Origin: Eledone cirrhosa
Lineage: Eukaryota
DNA: 49,978 nucleotides
Reading direction: 5' to 3'
NCBI GenBank assembly: GCA_964016885.1
Contig: CAXHJY010000278.1
Span: forward strand, 1-49,978
In this document: piece by piece, positions 12,133 through 25,690 of the stretch
Numbering within the stretch: the stretch's first letter is position 1
How the letters are laid out: every line of letters starts with the position of its first letter
Program-made: the position numbers and the translations under genes
The notes under the pieces: model-generated
Database searches by the model: none
Told to the model about the DNA's origin: nothing
What the model saw: the letters and a program-made list of their open reading frames with translations, nothing else

Positions 12133-12745
12133 ATATGTAGGTTTGTGTGTGTGTGTATATGTAGGTTTGTGTGTGTGTATCTATATGTAAGTTTGTGTGT
12201 ATATGTAGGTTTGTGTGTGTATGTATATGTAGGTTTGTGTGTGTGTATGTATATGTAGGTTTGTGTGTGTGTGTGTATATGTAGGTTTGCATGTGTAGGT
12301 GTGTATATGTAGGTTTGCATGTGTAGGTGTGTATATGTAGGTTTGTGTGTGTAGGTGTGTATATGTAGGTTTGTAGGTGTGTGTATATGTATGTATGTGT
12401 AGGTGTGTATGTATATGTGTATATATTTGTATATATGTGTAGGTGTGTATAGGTTTATATGTATGTATAGGTGTGTATGTGTGTGTACGTATGTGTGTAT
12501 ATGTCTGTATGTATGAGTTTGTGTGTGTGTTATTGTTTTCTGATTTTGTTTTAGTTCTTATCTACATTAAAGAGGTTATTGACATTGGAGATGATAGCAT
12601 TGTTGATACTAATAATAATAGTGATAATAATAATGATAATAATAATGATAATAAAGGCAACAATAATAATACAAATCAACAATATAATAAGCATTAACAC
12701 TAACAATAAAAAAAATAATAATAATGACAACAAAATTAATAATCG
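12133..12745. repeat. (TG)n/tatatgtaggttt compound repeat followed by (AAT)n
   Basis: Direct reading. Confidence 0.9.
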
Positions 12746-13297
12746 TGATACAAAATTGTACTCTCACTGCTAGTCTCAATTAGGTTACTAAATTTTGTGT
12801 TTTCACAATTAATTTAGAGTTTTAGTATTTCTTTATAAAACAAATTGATAACATTCTTGTTACTTTTGTTATTTTCCTTATTATTGAAGAATAAGCCATG
12901 CAATGGCTCCAGTTTTTTCAAGGTATTCTAACATTTTCTTTTTACATTCTCTAGGCTTTTATTTAAGTTTTAAACTTTATAAAAGTTTAGACAAATCTGC
13001 CTGCTTTCTGCAGGTAGAATATTTTGTGTTGAAAGGCACCGTCCCTGTTGGGATGGGGGGGGGGGGGAGGTTGTTTCGGTCAATTTTGGTTGTCTCCTCT
13101 AATAAAATGTTATTTTGATTGTATAAGACACTGACGGAGGCATCGTGAAACAGCTCTGAAACTGTTTAGAGAGAGAGGGTGGGGGGGGCAGATAACGGGT
13201 TAAACGTTGGCTGTTTACCGACGGGGAAATAATCAAATCAAAAACCCATTTTATAGGGTAAAATACAAACAACAAAACACTTTTGTCAATGGTAAAA

Positions 13298-14812
13298 ACA
13301 ACAACAGTAACAACAACAACAGAGAACAAATGACAACACCAGCTCCAGCAACAACAACAACACCAACAACAACAGTAACAACAACACCAGCTCCAACAAC
13401 AACACTAACAGTAATGTGACCAGCAACAACACCAACAACAACAACAACACCAGCTCCAACAACAACAACAACACCAGCTCCAACAACAACAACAACAACA
13501 CTAACAGTAATGTGGCCAGCAACAACACCAACAACAACAGTAACAACAACACCAGCTCCAACAACAACAACACTAACAGTAATGTGACCAGCAACAACAA
13601 CAACAACAACAGTAACAACAACACCAGCTCCAACAACAACAACACTAACAGTAATGTGACCAGCAACAACAACAACAACAACAGTAACAACAACACCAGC
13701 TCCAACAACAACAACACTAACAGTAATGTGACCAGCAACAACAACAACAACAACAGTAACAACAACACCAGCTCCAACAACAACAACACTAACAGTAATG
13801 TGACCAGCAACAACACCAACAACAACAGTAACAACAACACCAGCTCCAACAACAACAACACTAACAGTAATGTGACCAGCAACAACAACAACAACAACAG
13901 TAACAACAACACCAGCTCCAACAACAACAACACTAACAGTAATGTGACCAGCAACAACAACAACAACAACAGTAACAACAACACCAGCTCCAACAACACT
14001 AACAGTAATGTGACCAGCAACAACAACAACAACAACAGTAACAACAACACCAGCTCCAACAACAACAACACTAACAGTAATGTGACCAGCAACAACACCA
14101 ACAACAACAGTAACAACAACACCAGCTCCAACAACAACAACACTAACAGTAATGTGACCAGCAACAACAACAACAACAACAGTAACAACAACACCAGCTC
14201 CAACAACAACAACACTAACAGTAATGTGACCAGCAACAACAACAACAACAACAGTAACAACAACACCAGCTCCAACAACAACAACACTAACAGTAATGTG
14301 ACCAGCAACAACAACAACAACAACAGTAACAACAACACCAGCTCCAACAACAACAACACTAACAGTAATGTGACCAGCAACAACAACAACAACAACAGTA
14401 ACAACAACACCAGCTCCAACAACAACAACACTAACAGTAATGTGACCAGCAACAACAACAACAACAACAGTAACAACAACACCAGCTCCAACAACAACAA
14501 CACTAACAGTAATGTGACCAGCAACAACAGTAACAACACCAGCTCCAACAACAACAACAACAACACTAACAGTAATGTGACCAGCAACAACACCAACAAC
14601 AACAGTAACAACAACAGTAACAACAACACCAACAACAACACTAACAGTAATGTGACCAGCAACAACACCAACAACAACAGTAACAACAACAGTAACAACA
14701 ACAGTAACAACAACACCAACAACAACAACAGTAATGTGACCAGCAACAACACCAAATCAAATGACACCGCCACCACCAGCAATAACAACAATGGGAACAA
14801 CGACAACAACAA
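13298..14812. repeat. (AAC)n-derived minisatellite, ~72-bp unit x ~19
   Basis: aatgtgacc recurs at 72-bp spacing (e.g. 13581, 13653). Length variants are whole AAC triplets. Confidence 0.93.
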
Positions 14813-14992
14813 GAGCACTTTCACTGCTGCGACAGTGACATGGAGGCCATGTTTTCATATGGACTTAACAGACAAGGAGCAACATTTAACCCAGGCATGG
14901 AAGCTGATCAAACATGAAAAACCCTAGGCCAACCTAACCATCCTGGCTGAATCAATAGAGGCAATGCAGCGGAGGACCATTATATTTATAAA

Positions 14993-15185
14993 AGTGCGGT
15001 GGATTGGCAGTATCGGCAGAGGGTCGGACGCCATGCTTTGACGCATAGAGTTACGGCCCTTGCCATTCTGAGTTCAAATCCCGCCGAGGTTAACTTTGCC
15101 TTTCATCCTTACGGGGTCGATAAAATAAAGTACCAGTAATGTACTGGGTATTTGCTGGCCTTGTGCCAAAAGTACAAACAATTAT
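14993..15185 (+). mobile_element. SINE family A
   Basis: Near-identical to 2711-2902. attatattta occurs on both flanks (probable TSD). Confidence 0.85.
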
Positions 15186-15524
15186 ATTTAGATGTATTTT
15201 GGTGTTGACCCTTAAAGAGGAACTTACCTCACAATCTGAGGTAGAGGCTGCGCTGAAATGCATCCTGGAGGACATAGAGATATAAAAAGGGGCCAGGAAT
15301 TTGGCACCATCTCGATGCTGTTTAAATCTGAGGCCCTTGCTGTAGGACAGACTACGTTGTGATGCACCAGTCCCATGTGGGTAGGAGGACACTGAGAGTC
15401 CACATTCCCAGGATCCTGCCAGGACTGGACTTGTGGTGCCTCTTGGCGTGTGTAATCGAGAAAGGTACAGATGCTACCCTCATCGATGTCACCAAAACAG
15501 CTTGAGAGGACTGAGGATGATGAC

Positions 15525-18500
15525 GAGACAGGATCAGGTGGAATGCTACAAGAGAGCCACCTTCTAGTAGAGACAGGATCAGGTGGAACGCTACAAGAGA
15601 GCCACCTTCCAGTAGAGACAGGATCAGGTGGAACGCTACAAGAGAGCCACCTTCCAGTAGAGACTGGATCAGGTGGAATGCTACAGAAGAGCCACCTTCC
15701 AGTAGAGACTGGATCAGGTGGAATGCTACAGAAGAGCCACCTTCCAGTAGAGACTGGATCAGGTGGAATGCTACAAGAGAGCCACCTTCTAGTAGAGACA
15801 GGATCAGGTGGAATGCTACAAGAGAGCCACCTTCCAGTAGAGACTGGATCAGGTGGAACGCTACAAAAGAGCCACCTTCCAGTAGAGACTGGATCAGGTG
15901 GAACGCTACAAAAGAGCCACCTTCCAGTACAAGCAGGATCAGGTGGAACGCTACAGGAGAGCCACCTTCCAGTAGAGACAGGATCAGGTGGAACGCTACA
16001 AGAGAGTCACCTTCCAGTACAAGCAGGATCAGGTGGAACGCTACAAGAGAGCCACCTTCCAGTAGAGACAGGATCAGGTGGAACGCTACAAGAGAGCCAC
16101 CTTCCAGTAGAGACTGGATCAGGTGGAACGCTACAAGAGAGCCACCTTCCAGTAGAGACTGGATCAGGTGGAATGCTACAAAAGAGCCACCTTCCAGTAG
16201 AGACTGGATCAGGTGGAACGCTACAAAAGAGCCACCTTCTAGTAGAGACTGGATCAGGTGGAATGCTACAAAAGAGCCACCTTCCAGTAGAGACTGGATC
16301 AGGTGGAATGCTACAAAAGAGCCACCTTCCAGTAGAGACTGGATCAGGTGGAATGCTACAAAAGAGCCACCTTCCAGTAGAGACTGGATCAGGTGGAATG
16401 CTACAAAAGAGCCACCTTCCAGTAGAGACTGGATCAGGTGGAACGCTACAAAAGAGCCACCTTCTAGTAGAGACTGGATCAGGTGGAATGCTACAAAAGA
16501 GCCACCTTCCAGTAGAGACTGGATCAGGTGGAATGCTACAGAAGAGCCACCTTCCAGTAGAGACTGGATCAGGTGGAATGCTACAGAAGAGCCACCTTCT
16601 AGTAGAGACTGGATCAGGTGGAATGCTACAAAAGAGCCACCTTCTAGTAGAGACTGGATCAGGTGGAATGCTACAAAAAGCCACCTTCCAGTAGAGACTG
16701 GATCAGGTGGAATGCTACAGAAGAGCCACCTTCCAGTAGAGACTGGATCAGGTGGAATGCTACAGAAGAGCCACCTTCCAGTAGAGACTGGATCAGGTGG
16801 AATGCTACAGAAGAGCTACCTTCCAGTAGAGACTGGATCAGGTGGAATGCTACAAAAGAGCCACCTTCCAGTAGAGACTGGATCAGGTGGAATGCTACAA
16901 AAAGCCACCTTCCAGTAGAGACTGGATCAGGTGGAATGCTACAGAAGAGCCACCTTCCAGTAGAGACTGGATCAGGTGGAATGCTACAGAAGAGCCACCT
17001 TCCAGTAGAGACTGGATCAGGTGGAACGCTACAAAAGAGCCACCTTCTAGTAGAGACTGGATCAGGTGGAATGCTACAAAAGAGCCACCTTCCAGTAGAG
17101 ACTGGATCAGGTGGAATGCTACAAAAGAGCCACCTTCCAGTAGAGACTGGATCAGGTGGAATGCTACAAAAGAGCCACCTTCCAGTAGAGACTGGATCAG
17201 GTGGAATGCTACAAAAGAGCCACCTTCCAGTAGAGACTGGATCAGGTGGAACGCTACAAAAGAGCCACCTTCTAGTAGAGACTGGATCAGGTGGAATGCT
17301 ACAAAAGAGCCACCTTCCAGTAGAGACTGGATCAGGTGGAATGCTACAGAAGAGCCACCTTCCAGTAGAGACTGGATCAGGTGGAATGCTACAGAAGAGC
17401 CACCTTCTAGTAGAGACTGGATCAGGTGGAATGCTACAAAAGAGCCACCTTCTAGTAGAGACTGGATCAGGTGGAATGCTACAAAAAGCCACCTTCCAGT
17501 AGAGACTGGATCAGGTGGAATGCTACAGAAGAGCCACCTTCCAGTAGAGACTGGATCAGGTGGAATGCTACAGAAGAGCCACCTTCCAGTAGAGACTGGA
17601 TCAGGTGGAATGCTACAGAAGAGCTACCTTCCAGTAGAGACTGGATCAGGTGGAATGCTACAGAAGAGCCACCTTCCAGTAGAGACTGGATCAGGTGGAA
17701 TGCTACAGAAGAGCCACCTTCTAGTAGAGACTGGATCAGGTGGAATGCTACAGAAGAGCCACCTTCCAGTAGAGACTGGATCAGGTGGAATGCTACAGAA
17801 GAGCCACCTTCCAGTAGAGACTGGATCAGGTGGAATGCTACAGAAGAGCCACCTTCTAGTAGAGACTGGATCAGGTGGAATGCTACAGAAGAGCCACCTT
17901 CCAGTAGAGACTGGATCAGGTGGAATGCTACAGAAGAGCCACCTTCTAGTAGAGACTGGATCAGGTGGAATGCTACAAGAGAGCCACCTTCCAGTAGAGA
18001 CTGGATCAGGTGGAATGCTACAAGAGAGCCACCTTCCAGTAGAGACTGGATCAGGTGGAATGCTACAAGAGAGCCACCTTCCAGTAGAGACTGGATCAGG
18101 TGGAATGCTACAAAAGAGCCACCTTCCAGTAGAGACTGGATCAGGTGGAATGCTACAAGAGAGCCACCTTCTAGTAGAGACTGGATCAGGTGGAATGCTA
18201 CAGAAGAGCCACCTTCCAGTAGAGACTGGATCAGGTGGAATGCTACAAGAGAGCCACCTTCCAGTAGAGACTGGATCAGGTGGAATGCTACAAGAGAGCC
18301 ACCTTCCAGTAGAGACTGGATCAGGTGGAACGCTACAAGAGAGCCACCTTCCAGTAGAGACTGGATCAGGTGGAATGCTACAAGAGAGCCACCTTCCAGT
18401 AGAGACTGGATCAGGTGGAATGCTACAAGAGAGCCACCTTCCAGTAGAGACTGGATCAGGTGGAATGCTACAAAAGAGCCACCTTCCAGTACAGACTGGA

Positions 18501-19035
18501 TCAGGTGGAATGCTACAGAAGAGCCACCTTCTAGTAGAGACTGGATCAGGTGGAATGCTACAAAAGAGCCACCTTCCAGTAGAGACTGGATCAGGTGGAA
18601 TGCTACAAAAGAGCCACCTTCCAGTAGAGACTGGATCAGGTGGAATGCTACAAAAGAGCCACCTTCCAGTAGAGACTGGATCAGGTGGAATGCTACAGAA
18701 GAGCCACCTTCCAGTAGAGACTGGATCAGGTGGAATGCTACAGAAGAGCCACCTTCCAGTAGAGACTGGATCAGGTGGAATGCTACAGAAGAGCCACCTT
18801 CCAGTAGAGACTGGATCAGGTGGAATGCTACAAAAGAGCCACCTTCTAGTAGAGACTGGATCAGGTGGAATGCTACAGAAGAGCCACCTTCCAGTAGAGA
18901 CTGGATCAGGTGGAATGCTACAGAAGAGCCACCTTCTAGTAGAGACTGGATCAGGTGGAATGCTACAGAAGAGCCACCTTCCAGTAGAGACTGGATCAGG
19001 TGGAACGCTACAAAAGAACCACTTCCAGTACAAGC
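15525..19035. repeat. Minisatellite, 45-bp unit x ~78
   Basis: Unit gagactggatcaggtggaatgctacaaaagagccaccttccagta. 1-bp deletions near 16678, 16901 and 17485. Confidence 0.97.
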
Positions 19036-19358
19036 AGTGTGATACTAAAGGTAAATGTATCAATAGATCTGACACTATGTAGAGTAGACCCTTTAACCTG
19101 CTGTGAACAAGACAGCATCCCACAATGGTACGTTCTCCGTACCCCTGCCCAGTAAAGTGGTAGGTGAACAGAGTGCGACAACATAGAATTGAAAGGATCC
19201 TCTGATTCCTGTTGAATACCTGATTACCTCGCTAGTGTTGGGGCCACAATAAAATGTATCCAGTACACTCAATGATGTGGTTGGGGATCAAATGGGGATC
19301 TTCAGTTTAGCTGAGCTTATAATAACCTCTCTAATGAAGTTGTCACAATAAAATGCAA

Positions 19359-19660
19359 CCAGTACATTCTGTAAAAGGTACCCAGTTCATTCTGTAAAAG
19401 GTACCCAGTTCATTCTGTAAAAGGTACCCAGTTCATTCTGTAAAAGGTACCCAGTTCATTCTGTAAAAGGTACCCAGTTCATTCTGTAAAAGGTACCCAG
19501 TTCATTCTGTAAAAGGTACCCAGTTCATTCTGTAAAAGGTACCCAGTTCATTCTGTAAAAGGTACCCAGTTCATTCTGTAAAAGGTACCCAGTTCATTCT
19601 GTAAAAGGTACCCAGTTCATTCTGTAAAACGTACCCAGTTCATTCTGTAAAACGTACCCA
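19359..19660. repeat. Minisatellite, 23-bp unit x ~13
   Basis: Unit aaaaggtacccagttcattctgt. Confidence 0.95.
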
Positions 19661-19879
19661 TATACTATTGTTTAGGTGTCAAACTTTGTTGGGTTATTCA
19701 AGTACTTTCACAGGTTATTTAGCATTAACAATGTAATAGAAAGAGAAAAAATATAGATTGAAAAGAAAGAATGTAATGTAAAATAAGAAAATATAAAAAA
19801 CGGAAAAGGAAGGCAAAGGCAAGGGCTCTAGTGTCACAGAAAAATGGGGAGGGTGATGGGCTCTGGACCTCGAGCCTGG

Positions 19880-20130
19880 CAGTAATGGTGCTGTGACACA
19901 CAGACAAGACCACAAAATAATTTGCACGGACAATGGATAGCGACACCCGTGGAAACAGCCACTCCAACTCATGGGGCTCCTTCCTGAGACGGGCTGCTGA
20001 CATTCCGATCTTGCAGAGGAGCTTGGCAGTATGGCGTCCAAGTACGCCTGAGGTCTCGACAGTGACTGCGAAGAGCAAATGGCTGCCAATGAAACAGGGA
20101 CAATGCGGGATAAAGAAGATTCTTCAGTCT
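19880..20130 (-). pseudogene. C-terminal restriction-like endonuclease remnant of a CRE-like non-LTR retrotransposon
   Basis: VETSGVLG...LLCKIG...EWLFPRVSLSIVRAN resembles the VETxGxxG...WLxQRxSxAIxRGN end of CRE-clade RLE domains. Recognised by eye. Confidence 0.6.
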
Positions 20131-20136
20131 GATTGT

Positions 20137-20915
20137 GTCATGATAAAATACACTCAGCAAAGAGTTAGTGCTGGTGTCATGACCAAATACACCCAGTACA
20201 CTCAGCAAAGAGTTAGTGCTGGTGTGATGACCAAATACACCCAGCACACTCAGCAAAGAGTTAGTGCTGGTGTCATGACCAAATACACCCAGCACACTCA
20301 GCAAAGAGTTAGTGCTGGTGTCATGACCAAATACACCCAGCACACTCAGCAAAGAGTTAGTGCTGGTGTGATGACCAAATACACCCAGCACACTCAGCAA
20401 AGAGTTAGTGCTGGTGTCATGACCAAATACACCCAGCACACTCGGCAAAGAGTTAGTGCTGGTGTGATGACCAAATACACCCAGCACACTCGGCAAAGAG
20501 TTAGTGCTGGTGTCATGACCAAATACACCCAGCACACTCGGCAAAGAGTTAGTGCTGGTGTGATGACCAAATACACCCAGCACACTCAGCAAAGAGTTAG
20601 TGCTGGTGTCATGACCAAATACACCCAGCACACTCGGCAAAGAGTTAGTGCTGGTGTGATGACCAAATACACCCAGCACACTCGGCAAAGAGTTAGTGCT
20701 GGTGTGATGACCAAATACACCCAGCACACTCAGCAAAGAGTTAGTGCTGGTGTGATGACCAAATACACCCGGCACACTCGGCAAAGAGTTAGTGCTGGTG
20801 TGATGACCAAATACACCCAGCACACTCAGCAAAGAGTTAGTGCTGGTGTCATGATAAAATACACTCAGCAAAGAGTTAGTGCTGGCGTCATGATAAAATA
20901 CACCCAGCACACTTT
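20137..20915. repeat. Minisatellite, 48-bp unit x ~16, SINE-derived
   Basis: Unit agagttagtgctggtgtcatgaccaaatacacccagcacactcagcaa. It runs directly into a degenerate SINE B tail at 20916-21115. Confidence 0.93.
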
Positions 20916-21346
20916 GTAAAGTAGTAGTGGCACTCACTGCCATGATAAAATGCACTCAATACAGTTTATGAAGTGATTGGCTTTAGGAAATGAATCCAGC
21001 TGTAGAAACTATGCCAAATATGGAATGTAGGAGCAAGACAATGTGTCTCCAACCCACTTAGTTTTAGACCATGACAACCGATCTAACCCATACCAGCAGG
21101 AGAAGGAAAACATAAAAAAGATATGTTCTTATTTAAGTCGACTCTACATTTAATGATCTGTTTTTGTTGAAAACATCAAATCTTGATTGTTTTCAAAATC
21201 GATTAAAACATACATAGACAATGTGTTTCATTAGAAACATTGTCACGAAAGAGTTAATTAATTTATGTGTTGTTTACTTATTCACTTACAAGCTGGTAGA
21301 AGCTGGCTGCCTGGTAAAAAGGTTTCTGTTTCTGGCTTGGTCTTTA

Positions 21347-21492
21347 TGGTGTTAGGAAGGGCATCCAGCTGTAGAACCCATGCCAAAAACAGTTCTATGT
21401 GAGCAAGACACGGTCACCTGATCCACAATAGGACAACTCGTCTAACCCATGCTAGCATAGATAGATATTGGACATTGAACAATGATGATGAT
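21347..21492 (+). mobile_element. SINE B/RTE 3' tail fragment
   Basis: tggtgttaggaagggcatccagctgtagaa...catgctagcat...(GAT)n. Confidence 0.75.
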
Positions 21493-22068
21493 TTCTGATG
21501 AAATACTTCAATTAATGAATGAAAAATTAACTTGGTTGATGTCAAAATCATTAAACTAACCATCACCACCAGTATCAGATTTCTTGACAAGGTCATGTGC
21601 ACTGCACAAACCCTCTAAGATGACATCATCATCATCATCATTATCATTGCAACATTACTATGCTGGCATGAATTTTGATCAAACATTTTGAGGCAGTGTT
21701 TTACAGCCAGATGCCGTCACTGACACAAACATTTTTAAAGGTGCTTGGTTGTTCCAGGACCTTAGCCTTGCTAGCACCCATGATACTATATTAGTTTACA
21801 TCAAAATATATTAGAGGGAGGCTCCAACAACCCTTGTGGGGTGTGATCATTGGTACACTTTAGTGTTGACTTAATATTTTCTTTTATTTCGATTCTATAT
21901 ATGTGAAATATTTATGTAATTAAGTAATAGAGATGTATGTGTGTATGTGATGAACTTTTAATAACTATAGCATTTCTGTTTGTAATTTCAAACTATCTAT
22001 TGATACAGGTAAATTTCTGTTATAACAAACACCATTATAGCAATTTTTTTTTCAATCCATGGCCACAA

Positions 22069-22292
22069 GCTTTAGCATTTAAACTGGCCATATTCAGCCA
22101 GAATTCTCTCATCCCTTTCTGTTCAAACCAGCCATAACTGGCCACTCATACTGACATTAAAGTATTGTTCTCAAAATAAATAACAGCCAAATCTCATAGC
22201 TTCAATATTATGTGAGATAATTATGTAAGATAAAGCCTTTACCACAAAAATACAATAGTATATATAGAGTAATGCAAATGCTAAAGGGTTAA
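22069..22292. mobile_element. piggyBac-like MITE
   Basis: Inverted ends ctttagcattt / aaatgctaaaggg-TTAA. Related copies at 2671, 37715-37908 and 40829. Confidence 0.65.
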
Positions 22293-23589
22293 AATGGTTT
22301 GTTTCAGTCGATCTCATTATAAAAAGTTTTTCATTACAACAATTATTTTTTATATCTCGTCAATTTCGTTATAACTTAATTTCACTGTATATTGTCAGCA
22401 TATTTGTTTGGGGAAATATGTGGACTTTACCATTATATAATTTCATGGACAGTGTTTATTTTAATATAATAAAAGTCACCTCTTACAACAACACATAGTG
22501 ATTTAATGTATCTTTTCTATAAACGAGGGTACACTTTCTTAGTACTTAGTCTTGCCTGAAATGTCATGTTGTACACTGCGCAGCAAAAACTTGCCAATCA
22601 TCCTGGTTCTGTGGCATAAACTGATGATGAGGGAGAGGAGGAGGATATATTTTTATTTAATCTTTAAAGTGCTGTGGGCGTCAAATTGCAATAATAGTGA
22701 TCTCCCCTTAACAGATAAATCAGTGACAAGGAAAAAAATTCATGAAATAATTCAGCGTGCTAAAGGTTAAGTTAAGCCCACTGATCAAAACTATTTTAAG
22801 ATCTGCTTTTGTTCAAAACATAAAACATCAACATTTGATTATTTTCAAAATCAATTAAAACACACACAGACTATATTTCATTAGAAACATTGTCAGCAAC
22901 AGGTTAATCAAATTGTCTTTTGCTTTTTTACGACTGCTCGTTTTATCTTTGTCTCTCCACTAAGAACTAGGGAATGTTTGCCCGTGTATTTTCAAAGGAA
23001 AAGGTTAATAATTAGATATATCTTTTGTTTACTTACAGTAGCCTGTTTTATCTTTGCCCGTGGTTTTTTTTTCACTGTGAGCAAGCCAACAAAGTTATTC
23101 AAAATGCAATGTAATGACTATGTATTATGTCCGTTGAAAAGGTGTTATGGTAATAAGATTTCATGTTATTACCTAATGAAATCATGCAGTCTAGCACCTT
23201 TACAACTCACAGCTATTATTCCTCCTTCACAAACCGTCTTTATAATTATCCAGATCACCATGACAAATCAGTGGTTTTAATTATATTGAATGTTTGGATA
23301 ACTCAATTAGGTTGAAATAATTTTTGCCAGTACCTGTCAATTAATTAATTTCTTGTGAACATTGCAGGTGTTGAGTGCTTCACGTTGCAGCAAACAAGTG
23401 ACTTCACTGGCAATTTGGTTTTTACATCATCATGGAAATATAGTTCTTTTATTTTCTTTTTCAAAGAGTTTTGGTGATAGATTCTGTTGTAAAAAGAGGC
23501 TGTGTATCTGACAAAATTTGATTGCTTGGTAGGTAGCATACAGATAGAGTATTTCAGGTAGAATATGGTTGTCTGGTCTATATTATATA

Positions 23590-23846
23590 GGCAGAGTGCA
23601 GTGAATTTGCAGAATCGGTAGAGCATCGGACACAATGCTTTGCAGTATTTAGTTATGGCCCTTTACATTGTGAGTTCAAATTCTGCCAAGGTTAGCTCCG
23701 CCTTTCATTTTATGCAAGCAGGGAAGAGCGGACATAAAATGATGATGATGATAAAATAAAGTGCCAGTAATGCACTGGGATGAATTTAGTTGACTTTCCC
23801 TTCCCTTCAAATTGCTGGCCTTGTGCTTAATGTAGAAACAATTATA
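23590..23846 (+). mobile_element. Diverged SINE family A with an inserted RTE-tail fragment
   Basis: SINE A head and end. gcaagcagggaagagcggacataaaat(gat)n is inserted at ~23713-23750. Confidence 0.7.
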
Positions 23847-23869
23847 TTGTTAGTAGAATAGGTTCTCTA

Positions 23870-24241
23870 TAGTTGGTAGAATAGGGTTGTCTGTAGTTGG
23901 TAGAATATGGTTGACTGGTTGGTAGAATAAGGTTGACTGGTTGGTAGAATATGGTTGATTGGTTGGTAGAATATGGTTGACTGGTTGGTAGAATAAGATT
24001 GACTGGTTGGTAGAATAAGGTTGACTGGTTGGTAGAATATGGTTGACTGGTTGTTAGAATATGGTTGACTATAGTTGGTAGAATATGGTTGACTGGTTGG
24101 TAGAATATGGTTGACTGGTTGTTAGAATATGGTTGACTATAGTTGGTAGAATATGGTTGACTGGTTGGTAGAATATGGTTGACTGGTTGGTAGAATATGG
24201 TTGACTGGTTGGTAGAATAAGGTTGACTGGTTGGTAGAATA
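23870..24241. repeat. Minisatellite, 22-23-bp unit x ~17
   Basis: Unit ggttgactggttggtagaatat. Confidence 0.92.
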
Positions 24242-24925
24242 AAACAACACAGTACAACACAATAGTAACACAACACAGTACAACACAACACAGCGACCCA
24301 GTACAACACAACACAACATTACACAGCACAACACACAGTACAACACAACACAGGGACACAACACAGTACAACACAACACAGTACAACACAACACAACACA
24401 GTACAACACAACACAACACAGTACAGTACAACACAACACAGTACAACACAACACAACACAACACAGTACAACACAACACAACACAGTACAACACAACACA
24501 GTACAACACAACACAACACAGTACAACACAACACAACACAGTACAACACAACACAGTACAACACAACACAACACAGTACAAAACAACACATTACACAGCA
24601 CAACACAACACACAGTACAACACAACACAGGGACACAACACAGTACAACACAACACAGTACAACACAACACAGTACAACACAACACAATGCAACACAACA
24701 CAACACAACACAACACAACACAGTACAACACAACACAGTACAACACAACACAACACAGTACAACACAACATAGTACAACACAACACAACACAGTACAACA
24801 CAACATAGTACAACACAACACAACACATTACAACACAACACAGTACAACACAACACAACACAGTACAAAACAACACAGTACAGTACAACACAACACAGTA
24901 CAACACAACACAACACAGCAACACC
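24242..24925. repeat. (CAACA)n/(CAGTA) pentanucleotide microsatellite
   Basis: Direct reading. It explains the CCVVL-repeat ORFs. Confidence 0.95.
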
Positions 24926-25690
24926 ACACTGTGTGGGGTTTACATCAAATAAAGAAGACATCAGTGAAAACAGTAGGAACAACACTAGTATTCCAGCATC
25001 TTATGTAGCTTCAGACAGTTATGGAGAAAGTGTTATTTTCTTTATCTAGTTTTAATTAGATGTCTAAATTGGAATTATCTAACAGTAAACTTTTCTTTTT
25101 CTTTAGATAAACAACTTGCTTATTTGTAATTCATTCCATGTAGCAAACTATATAATCTGTTTTTATTATTATTATCAATTTGTTTTTTGTAAGTAATGCA
25201 ATTCAACTGAATCATAATTGATTTCCATTTTCAGCTATTAGTTAATTAAAGGAAATGGGAATTATTTTTCTCATCAATTTTAAGCAAATGTTTGAAGTAT
25301 GAAATAATTTAGTAAGATAGATGGCAACTACATAATTTTCTATTTATCGGTGAATCAGTGTCGTGTGTCAGCTAATATTTATATATAAACTGCGTTGAGT
25401 AAATTGTTCATAATTTGACTCTGAGATCTGATCATCAGATGAGGATTATTAGATTTTTGTTGGAAATAGATAGCTGTGATTATGATGAAGCAGTAAATAG
25501 TTTAAGACAATTTTTCTCCTTCTGAAACAAGAGATAGATGTGTGAAGTGACAATAAATGTTTCATGTTCATCATGGGTTCCTTTTTTACAGCAATCCTTT
25601 TTAACCATGTCCCCTTCCTAACAGCAAATGTTTCAGTCAAATCTCAGGTCATGCAGAGATATGGAAATTAATGGAACTGTTTCTTCTTGT

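Noticed and set aside
15471-19123. Repetitive structural protein (GSGGMLQKSHLPVET)n
   Set aside because: Several frames and both strands are open, three frameshifting deletions occur, and I see no signal peptide or exon evidence.
23345-23635. 96-aa minus-strand ORF as a host exon
   Set aside because: It starts inside a SINE, has no recognisable domain, and stops before the nearest donor-like site.
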